A DNA stretch of 64,000 nucleotides, from positions 25,816 to 89,815 of the IMG/VR virus record IMGVR_UViG_3300017912_001009; one strand, 5' to 3'. Shown here in pieces: positions 53,508-61,379 of this stretch. Both the position numbers and the translations under genes were made by a program. Each line of letters opens with the position of its first letter. Position 1 is the stretch's first letter. The notes below the pieces were generated by a model. The model was given only the letters and a program-made list of their open reading frames with translations, searched no databases and was not told where the DNA came from. This stretch comes from a virus (Duplodnaviria > Caudoviricetes).

Positions 53508-54442
53508 AGGTGGTTTACGGTCATACTGACTCAATTTACGTTGATATCGAGGATAACAGTATTGAAACTGCTGAGAAAACGCTGAAAATACTAAATGAGC
53601 ATGTTAGAGAAGCATTTCCTAACGTTATGGGACTGAAAGAACACCCCGTAACACTAGAGTTTGAGAAATACTTCCGAACTTTAGGTGTTGGAGCAACAAA
53701 GAACAGAAATGCAGGTCTAATTACTTGGAAAGACGGTGAATTTCTCGATGAAGAGGAGTTTGTGATGACAGGATTCACTGCAAAGAGGGTATCTTTGACA
53801 CAATTAGCCAAAGATGTCCAACTTTCTGTCCTAAACATGTGGGTAGAAGGTAAAACAGAACAAGAAATCGTTTCTTATCTGAATGACAAGTATAATTCTG
53901 TTATGAAAGGTAAGATTCCACTATCAGATGTTCTACAAAGAAGCAGATATCGTGAAGAGAGATTCAGATTGGTCTGCAAAGACTGTAATCCAAAGGCTAG
54001 GTTCGATAAGGGCTGGAATAACAAGTCAGTAAGTGTCTTTGACCTAATGGATAGCGGTGGCAAATGCTTTGATGACTTAGGTAGAGAAATGGAACACACT
54101 AATTTCGTAACTGTTGGTGGTAAGAGACCCACCTTTGCAGCAGGAGTCGAAGGAGTTCTGTTTAGTCATTCACAAGGTTATGAAAAGATAGAAGATACCT
54201 ATCTTTATCTTAGAGTTAAGAATTGTAGAGAACATTACCTACATCCTGTAACTAAGGAGTTTACTACTCCTAACTATGTATCTAGATTAACTGCTGATGA
54301 GTTTGGTGACTTTGACCCTGATTGGTCTCACTACGCAGAATCAGTGGTGAAGAAAGCAGAACCTATCTTCAGAGCAATGGGGTGGGATATCATGCAGATA
54401 AAGAAAGACACACAACAATCATCCTTGGAGGAATGGTTTTGA
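53504..54442 (+). CDS. polB: Family B DNA polymerase, C-terminal part (motif C, thumb, PIP box)
   Basis: MKVVYGHTDSIYV, LEFEK, KNRNAG, GFTAKR, terminal QSSLEEWF. Confidence 0.92.
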   Translation: MKVVYGHTDSIYVDIEDNSIETAEKTLKILNEHVREAFPNVMGLKEHPVTLEFEKYFRTLGVGATKNRNAGLITWKDGEFLDEEEFVMTGFTAKRVSLTQLAKDVQLSVLNMWVEGKTEQEIVSYLNDKYNSVMKGKIPLSDVLQRSRYREERFRLVCKDCNPKARFDKGWNNKSVSVFDLMDSGGKCFDDLGREMEHTNFVTVGGKRPTFAAGVEGVLFSHSQGYEKIEDTYLYLRVKNCREHYLHPVTKEFTTPNYVSRLTADEFGDFDPDWSHYAESVVKKAEPIFRAMGWDIMQIKKDTQQSSLEEWF

Positions 54443-54463
54443 AAATAAAGGAAGTGAAAATAA

Positions 54464-55330
54464 ATGAGTGAATATACATACCAATGGCAACCTGAAAACT
54501 ATGGACAAGAAGGAGAACCAATACTGAAGATATCGAAGTCTTCTCTCGGTTCTTATCAATGGTGTCCAAAGAGATATGAATTTCAGTATGTCGAGAAGAG
54601 ACCAATAGAAACAACAGAAGTGATGATTAAAGGAAGCATCATACACAATGCTAGAGAGGCGTTCTTCAATGCCTTTGATGTAAAGAAGGCAGAGAACCTA
54701 TCGCATGAGGAACTGGTCAACTATTGTATGAGCCTTCATCCAATTGATGACTACACTGAGATGTATGAGGCAATGTCCATCTTTGAAGCAAATAGATTCT
54801 TAGAATCAAAGGATGAAGGAACTACTGATGACTTCGTTCCTGTTGTTAATGAGATAATGCTAGATGCTAGGATTGAGATTGATAGGAATGAGAATCCTAA
54901 ATACGAACTATCTCAGAACTACACTGTTCACTTACAGGGAATCATCGATAGGATGTTCAAGGAAGGTGATAGATACATTCCTATGGAGTTAAAGACTGGT
55001 AGTTGGAAAGACTGGAAGAAGACTATGATGCGTAAGGAGATGGCCTTCTACAAGATTCTCTTTGAGAATACACCAAATGCAGAGTTAGAGGAGATGGGTA
55101 TTGACCCTAATTTACCAATCTCTCATTGGGGTTGGTACTATCCTGCTGCTAATTACATCTATGTTGAAGATGCCAAGAAGAGTAGCATGACTGCTGTGAG
55201 AAAAGGAATAGCAGAGATGATTCATTCCTATGAGACTGGTATCTTCCCAACTAAGTATTTTGCAAAGACATGTTCAAATTGCAGTTTCTTCGGCATATGT
55301 GATGCGGCTAATACTGAGAGTTGGTTCTGA
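54464..55330 (+). CDS. Cas4-like PD-(D/E)xK nuclease with Fe-S cysteines
   Basis: QWCPKR, GIIDRM..MELKTG, CSNCSFFGIC. Confidence 0.85.
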   Translation: MSEYTYQWQPENYGQEGEPILKISKSSLGSYQWCPKRYEFQYVEKRPIETTEVMIKGSIIHNAREAFFNAFDVKKAENLSHEELVNYCMSLHPIDDYTEMYEAMSIFEANRFLESKDEGTTDDFVPVVNEIMLDARIEIDRNENPKYELSQNYTVHLQGIIDRMFKEGDRYIPMELKTGSWKDWKKTMMRKEMAFYKILFENTPNAELEEMGIDPNLPISHWGWYYPAANYIYVEDAKKSSMTAVRKGIAEMIHSYETGIFPTKYFAKTCSNCSFFGICDAANTESWF

Positions 55331-55388
55331 TGAAGTGGGAAGATTACTACAAAGCGAAAGAAGAATATAAGAAAAGGAGAAAGAAAAA

Positions 55389-55763
55389 ATGATAGATAAA
55401 ATGGTAAAAGAAGAACTAAATCAAAAGGTATGGAGTTTCTCAGAGATTGCGAATGTATCTGATACAGTCAACAATCTAGCAGAGACATTGTATGAGAAAA
55501 TGCCTACAACTGATAAACTGAAAATGATTTGGGAGACTGATGTGTTTGCTGAAGAGAGAACACCATTCGGTCAGATATACATGAATACAGTAATGACAGA
55601 ATTAAGAATAAAAATAGCAGAAGTCGTAAGAGCAGAGTTGCTTGAAGCGAAAGTCTCGTTTAAGGAGGATAATAAAAATGAAAATGCCAAGAGAAGTGTG
55701 GGCCGGAAGTCATCTAAGAAACGCTCCACAAATGAAGAGAAGAGTAGTCAAGACGAAGAGTGA
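55389..55763 (+). CDS. Hypothetical protein
   Basis: ORF track. Confidence 0.5.
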   Translation: MIDKMVKEELNQKVWSFSEIANVSDTVNNLAETLYEKMPTTDKLKMIWETDVFAEERTPFGQIYMNTVMTELRIKIAEVVRAELLEAKVSFKEDNKNENAKRSVGRKSSKKRSTNEEKSSQDEE

Positions 55764-56688
55764 GTTTGTTAATTGGTTCAATTCCTTTAATGGGAAGATG
55801 AACTGCTATACGACAGTCTATGATTTTGAACACTTCAAGAATGAAGTAAAGATGGAAAACTCTGTTGTATTGGACAGAGCATTCCTAGATTTTGATGCTC
55901 ATGACGAACCATTGGAAGATGCTTATCGTGACCTTAAGAAAGTAGTAACTGAATTAGTCGCTGAAGATAACATCTTCAAAATGTATTTTAGTGGCAAGGG
56001 TTTCCATGTTTTTGTTTATGGAGAACCCGTTGATGATATCCGAAGCATTCAGCAGTATTATTCCAAAGTCAGTAATGGTGTGCCTACGCTTGATAGAACG
56101 GGTATCCAAACTAATAGGCTAAGGAGACTACCAAACTCAATGAACCTAAGTAGTTCAGACGAGAATGGTAATCCCTACTTCTGTATACCTCTGTTGGTTG
56201 AAGACTTAGAACTAGATTTAGGCTCTATCTTGGAAATGGCTAAGAAACCTAGAAAGATAGTATCTAACTATGGAAATAAATTAGTGGTCTTTCCTGAGAT
56301 GCAACCTATTGAACTAAGTGATATAGAGGTAGAGATACCTACTCCTGTTGGTAAGATTCCTATCCTTCCGTGTTTGCATAATGCGGTTATGGTTGAGAAC
56401 CCTAGTCATTACGCTAGAGTCTATCTTGTTCAATGGTATCGTGATTTACTGAGCATGGGTAATAGGAATCCTACTCCTGAGCAGAACAAACAAATCATAA
56501 CTAGCATAATGAATGAACTTGAGACAATAGCATCAAAGACCGATATATGGCTTGATTGGAATGCACCTACTACTGAGAGGTATGTTAGGGGAATAGTGGA
56601 CAAGGGGTATAACGCTCCTAGTTGTAGTAACGTGCTAATCCCCCAAGGCTTCTGTGTGGGAAAGTGTTGGAGGTATCACGATGGATAA
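55678..56688 (+). CDS. priS: Archaeo-eukaryotic primase, PriS fused to PriL-CTD-like Cys domain
   Basis: FLDFD, FSGKGFH, RLRRLPNS; C-terminal LPCL..HYAR..PSC..GFC..C. Confidence 0.85.
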   Translation: MKMPREVWAGSHLRNAPQMKRRVVKTKSEFVNWFNSFNGKMNCYTTVYDFEHFKNEVKMENSVVLDRAFLDFDAHDEPLEDAYRDLKKVVTELVAEDNIFKMYFSGKGFHVFVYGEPVDDIRSIQQYYSKVSNGVPTLDRTGIQTNRLRRLPNSMNLSSSDENGNPYFCIPLLVEDLELDLGSILEMAKKPRKIVSNYGNKLVVFPEMQPIELSDIEVEIPTPVGKIPILPCLHNAVMVENPSHYARVYLVQWYRDLLSMGNRNPTPEQNKQIITSIMNELETIASKTDIWLDWNAPTTERYVRGIVDKGYNAPSCSNVLIPQGFCVGKCWRYHDG

Positions 56689-57370
56689 ACTGAAGATTGA
56701 CAGTAGAGAGTCTTCAGAACTTTCTGACTTAGTGGAAACCTACTGTAAGGAGATGAACATACCATATGAGAAGGAATGGTTAGATATCGGAGACTATACC
56801 TTTGCTGATGTCTGCTTTGAAGCGAAGTCAACATTTGATTTTCTATCCTCTGTGATAAACAAGAGGCTTTGGAATCAATTGGATAACATGGATGCTAAGT
56901 TCATGAACAACGTTGTGATTGTATATGGTAGTTTCAACGATGCTTTGGAGAATCACTTGCATTATGTCAACAACAAGGCAGGACAGGCAAGGATGTTGAG
57001 AAACAAGTTTGATGGTGCGTTTGGTAAGATAATACTAGATACAGACGCTAACATCATTTGGGTATCATCTGCTAGACAAGCAGCGAGACTAATCGCTGTT
57101 GTCTGTAAGATGCATCCAATAGATAGAGAGATACACACTCCTAGCATAATCAGAAAGCGTATAGCGACTACTGATTTGAGAATAGATGTGCTATGCACAA
57201 TAAAGGGCATAAGCCCGAAGAAAGCAAAACTCCTGATAGAAAGGTTCGGCTCTATCATGGAGATAGGAGAGGCATCCATCGAGGAGATATGTGAATTAGA
57301 TGGGTTTGGAAATGTGATTGCCAAGAGGCTAATCGATGTGCTGAACAAAGAAGAAAAAATGGTGATATGA
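56681..57370 (+). CDS. ERCC4/XPF-family nuclease with HhH
   Basis: IDSRE, GDY, FEAKSTFDF; HhH IKGISPKKAK and LDGFG. Confidence 0.85.
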   Translation: MDKLKIDSRESSELSDLVETYCKEMNIPYEKEWLDIGDYTFADVCFEAKSTFDFLSSVINKRLWNQLDNMDAKFMNNVVIVYGSFNDALENHLHYVNNKAGQARMLRNKFDGAFGKIILDTDANIIWVSSARQAARLIAVVCKMHPIDREIHTPSIIRKRIATTDLRIDVLCTIKGISPKKAKLLIERFGSIMEIGEASIEEICELDGFGNVIAKRLIDVLNKEEKMVI

Positions 57371-58840
57371 ATGAGTAATGAAAATGATGAATATAATGAA
57401 GACCGACTATACTATGAAGGATTGAGTGAGAATGTAACTGCTCCAATAGAGAAGAAAAACAGTTTACCAAAGGTAGTAGAACAGTATGTGAAAGATGCAG
57501 CAGACATGTCAAAGTATAATGAGATACCAGCAGCGATTGGTTTCTTTGTTATCTTAGGCCAATTGTCAAAGGACATGGTTTCCATACCGAGTGGCACAAG
57601 AAGAGATGACACAAGAATACATTTCCTATGGATGCAGACTTCAGGAACAGGTAAAACCGAGATGTATAACTTCTTTGGGCCTATTGGCAAGGAAGCCATG
57701 CGTTTGATTAATGCTAAACATGGTACTACCTTTGATGTGTTTTCTGTTGATGATGCTACTGATGCTGCTTTAATTGGTTCTAATGAGAAGGAGAGAGTAG
57801 AGGTAGAAGATGAGAATGGAAACACATCTTGGGAAGAACAACTAGTTCAGATAGATGGAGGTTTAGAAGGAAGTGGTTTAATTGCTTATGACGAGTTTGA
57901 ATACTCAGGAGTCTTCAAGGCTTCTCAACATAAAGAGAATGTAATCATGTATCTAAACAAACTCATGAACACTCTGTATGGGGAGAACTGGATTATACAG
58001 AAGAAACTACGTCAAGGTGATATGATTGAATGCAGAAGCCAAAGAAGTCTGTACGCAACTACATACATCCCTAAGACTCTAACTAGCATAATAGCAGAGA
58101 AGGGAGTTATCCAAAGGACTCTAATCTACATCAGAGAAGTTCCACAGGAAATACAGGATGAATTGAGAGAAATGATTCTAGATGAGATAGGAACAATCAA
58201 ACCCAAGAATGCTCCTATTCAGAAACATGCAAACAACTTTGCTTTGATTTACGATGCACTGAAAGAGAGATATGAAGATGCAGGTAATGACCCACTTCAC
58301 ACCATCAGATTCGGTAGGGGATTCAATGATGCTCTGAAGAACGAATCGAATAAGATGAGAAACTATGTCTCAAGCAGTAGACCTGAAGTGTTTGAGATTG
58401 CTGGCAACTTCATCACAAGGTTGAATCAGACTATGACTAGGCTTGCAGTCTTGTGTTGCATTGCCGAAGCACCGAACATCAAGGATAAACAAAAGAGGTT
58501 TATTGTTACCGAAAGGCATGTACGGCAAGCCTCTTCGGTCATTCGACAATGCTATAAATCGCTGGTAACGTGGCTTGATGTAGCCTTGAAGGTGAAGGCA
58601 ACTGCTTTACATGAGAAAGTGAATGTTAATGCTTTTAGAATGGCGTACACTAAGTTGCTGAGAGAAGACGATGATGGTTGGGTGAATAAAGCACTATTGT
58701 TAGAAAAAGTAAGAAAAGATACTAAGAAGGGACAAGCAACCATATACAGACAGTTTAAGGAGATTTCAGATATGTTCGATAACAAGAAAATCGGAATACG
58801 AGCATATGTGAGAATGAAAAATAAGGAGGAAAAAGAATGA
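57371..58840 (+). CDS. mcm: MCM-like AAA+ helicase
   Basis: SGTGKT Walker A, YDEFE Walker B, arginine-finger region, RLAVL helix, C-terminal wHTH. Confidence 0.7.
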   Translation: MSNENDEYNEDRLYYEGLSENVTAPIEKKNSLPKVVEQYVKDAADMSKYNEIPAAIGFFVILGQLSKDMVSIPSGTRRDDTRIHFLWMQTSGTGKTEMYNFFGPIGKEAMRLINAKHGTTFDVFSVDDATDAALIGSNEKERVEVEDENGNTSWEEQLVQIDGGLEGSGLIAYDEFEYSGVFKASQHKENVIMYLNKLMNTLYGENWIIQKKLRQGDMIECRSQRSLYATTYIPKTLTSIIAEKGVIQRTLIYIREVPQEIQDELREMILDEIGTIKPKNAPIQKHANNFALIYDALKERYEDAGNDPLHTIRFGRGFNDALKNESNKMRNYVSSSRPEVFEIAGNFITRLNQTMTRLAVLCCIAEAPNIKDKQKRFIVTERHVRQASSVIRQCYKSLVTWLDVALKVKATALHEKVNVNAFRMAYTKLLREDDDGWVNKALLLEKVRKDTKKGQATIYRQFKEISDMFDNKKIGIRAYVRMKNKEEKE

Positions 58841-59088
58841 CAAAAAAAGATACATACGAACATCAATTCTTGGTGTTTCCAGTAAGTGATGGCCCAAAAA
58901 CGATAAATGAGTCCCTGAATACATATGGGAACGATGGATGGTATCTATCAACAATGATAACAGTTGGTGGTGGAGAACATCTAGTTGCATGGATGGTTAA
59001 ACCAAACCTAATCCAAGCACCGAATCCAAAAGAGGCTCAGGCTAAGAAACTTGCAAATCTTTGGACAGGGGAAAGTGGTGACGAGTGA
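58837..59088 (+). CDS. Small DUF4177-like protein
   Basis: YEHQF..LNTYGNDGWYL pattern. Confidence 0.5.
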   Translation: MTKKDTYEHQFLVFPVSDGPKTINESLNTYGNDGWYLSTMITVGGGEHLVAWMVKPNLIQAPNPKEAQAKKLANLWTGESGDE

Positions 59089-59678
59089 ACGTCTTAGCCC
59101 TTGACATTGAGACAAAGAACTACTCACATGAAATAGGTGGGTGGGGAAACACGCATATGTTTCAAGTGTCTACTGTATGCACATGGGATGGCAATACAGG
59201 AACGGTGTATATTGACGAGCCAATCTCTTCGATACGAAAATCAAATGTCGTAGTCAAACCACTCTCTGAGTTGAAGTTTGATTTAGATGCACATCGACAG
59301 AATGATGGTGTTCTTCTAGGACACAATATTGTTTCTTTCGATTTAGCAGTATTGAAGAATGCTATGGACATCTACTGCATTAAGGAATACCTAGATAAGA
59401 AAGCCTACATCGATACCAGTAGAATATTGAACAAGGAATATGGTGAAAGATACAGCCTTTCCAATCTTGTGCATCACACATTAGGTGCTGAGAAGTTAAT
59501 GGAAAGTGCTGATGCTCCTATGGTTTGGAAAGACGGTAGATACACTGAAGTAGCAGATTACTGTCTCAAGGACTGCGAGTTAGTCTATGACCTGTGGGTA
59601 TACGGCAAAGAAAACAGCATAGTAAAGGGTTTTTCCATAGAAGAAGAAAAAGCAAAAGAATTGGAGGTGAAGTGGTAG
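59085..59678 (+). CDS. DEDD/RNase H-like 3'-5' exonuclease
   Basis: LDIET, GHNIVSFDL, YCLKDC. Confidence 0.8.
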   Translation: MNVLALDIETKNYSHEIGGWGNTHMFQVSTVCTWDGNTGTVYIDEPISSIRKSNVVVKPLSELKFDLDAHRQNDGVLLGHNIVSFDLAVLKNAMDIYCIKEYLDKKAYIDTSRILNKEYGERYSLSNLVHHTLGAEKLMESADAPMVWKDGRYTEVADYCLKDCELVYDLWVYGKENSIVKGFSIEEEKAKELEVKW

Positions 59679-59980
59679 ATGAGTCCTTGGGAATGGTTTG
59701 GATGGATTGTCTTCGTCATCATTATTTCTCTTTTATTCTTCGCTGCGTTTGGTAACAGTAAATACACTGAATCCACCATCGAAGAGTACATGGAGAATCT
59801 AATTGAAGACGAACGTGGTCGCAGTGGCACTGGCTAAGATATGCTTTCAATGTTCTAGGGAAACTATTCCTAGAAGAATAGAGGGCAGAGTCGTTGGCTC
59901 TTCTGAGACTTTGCACATATGGCAGTGCAGAGAATGTAAAGCGTTGTGGTCTAGTAATTAATTTTACTAGGCCACTTCGC

Positions 59981-60000
59981 CTTTTTTTTGGCTTTTTTTC
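59981..60000 (+). terminator. Oligo-T tracts ending the replication operon
   Basis: CTTTTTTTTGGCTTTTTTTC; archaeal-type T-rich terminator candidate. Confidence 0.5.
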
Positions 60001-60433
60001 GGCCAAAATCCGACCAACAGCAACGCACTTAAAGTCGGAATTTATTTTTACTTCCTAGTGTGTAAAGTAAACTATATGATTCTTGTAGATGACCGAATAA
60101 TAAAAGACGTAATAAATGCTGAAATAGAAATCAACCTTATGCCATTAGCAATAGGGATATTATTTCTCAACTTTGCTTTTATAGCATATCTAAAATGGGG
60201 TGCTTAGAATGAGTAAATCAAACAGTGCTATGTTTCTACGATGCCTAGAAGAGATGTTCAAAGAATGGGATGATGAATGATTATATGGGAACTGTGTCGT
60301 GGGCTGTGGTGTTGGAGTAGGTTCAGACCATGAAAAGTGAGTTCGACTTAGGCGTATGTATCACTTGTGAATGGATTAGACCAATCGTGTTTTCAAAACA
60401 AGGGTGCTTCTGCACTTATTGCGGGGCGTATGT

Positions 60434-60748
60434 ATGAGTTGGTTCGACACAGTAAAAGCACCTCGTATCCCAAGAAAGAAAGGACAAAGAAGAAACTCAA
60501 AGAAGCATTCTGATTTGTATACTGATGAGAATCCAAAGGGAACTATTCACGGATTAGGATTCAAGGATGAGGAGACATCTAGAAAATCAGTAGCCAAGAT
60601 AAAAAGAAGCGATAGAAGCCACGCACATAAGACTCAGGCTGCAATAGCAATGGAGCAAAGAGCAAGAGAAATGGGTAAGACTAAGGAGGCAGCCATATAC
60701 AGAAAGTTCATCGAGCAGCAGAAGAAGAAAACGGAGGCTAAGAAATGA
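60434..60748 (+). CDS. Tagged basic protein (MSWFDTVK) outside the head module
   Basis: ATG 60434; K/R-rich. Confidence 0.65.
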   Translation: MSWFDTVKAPRIPRKKGQRRNSKKHSDLYTDENPKGTIHGLGFKDEETSRKSVAKIKRSDRSHAHKTQAAIAMEQRAREMGKTKEAAIYRKFIEQQKKKTEAKK

Positions 60749-61029
60749 AACAGTGGCTAATCAGGAAACTAATTGCATTGATGGGAAACACCTACGTTTG
60801 GCTAGATAAGAAACTAGACCATCCTGAAGGGCCAGTTCTTGGTTTGGAGATTGATGATGACTTCGCTAAGATGAGTAGGTATGAGTTGTGTTGTCACATT
60901 GAGGATAAGTTCGGGTTGGAAAGAGATTCCTTTTGGAAGTTAGAGTCAACTCAGAAGATTCGTTATTGTTGTCAGACTGCTAGGAACATCCTGACACCTA
61001 AGAAGAAAGGAAGAAAGAAGAAGGCTTAG
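60745..61029 (+). CDS. Hypothetical protein
   Basis: ORF track; ATGA coupling. Confidence 0.55.
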   Translation: MKQWLIRKLIALMGNTYVWLDKKLDHPEGPVLGLEIDDDFAKMSRYELCCHIEDKFGLERDSFWKLESTQKIRYCCQTARNILTPKKKGRKKKA

Positions 61030-61370
61030 TTCCCATTTAGTGTTCTACCCAATGGAGATTGTGGGTCTACGAACATTATACCCCTTGGATGATTCTGAAA
61101 GAAATCAGGTTGGTATGGCTGATACTTAGAGTATGAGTTAGGTGGAGTATTACCATATATTTGTTGTATTTCTTCAGGCCAATCAAGAAGTGCTTGTCTA
61201 TAATCTGCTAATTCCTGTTGTTCTGTTTGTGTTAATGCATTATACAACAAGGGTTTAGATTGATAATAGTCTACATACATCTCTAACATTGAGTCTCTTG
61301 TTGACCTGACCTTCGCCATTGCTTCTTCCATGCTAATCGTTATTTCTTCTCCGTGTTCTCCTATTGCCAT
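61026..61370 (-). CDS. Tail-fibre assembly chaperone-like protein
   Basis: VRSTRDSML..ELADYRQALLDWP pattern; follows fibre gene. Confidence 0.65.
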   Translation of the reverse strand: MAIGEHGEEITISMEEAMAKVRSTRDSMLEMYVDYYQSKPLLYNALTQTEQQELADYRQALLDWPEEIQQIYGNTPPNSYSKYQPYQPDFFQNHPRGIMFVDPQSPLGRTLNGN

Positions 61371-61379
61371 TTAATCACC

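Noticed and set aside
54464-55330. Cas4 as evidence of a CRISPR system
   Set aside because: Solo Cas4-like nucleases are common in archaeal virus replication modules; no array or other cas genes.
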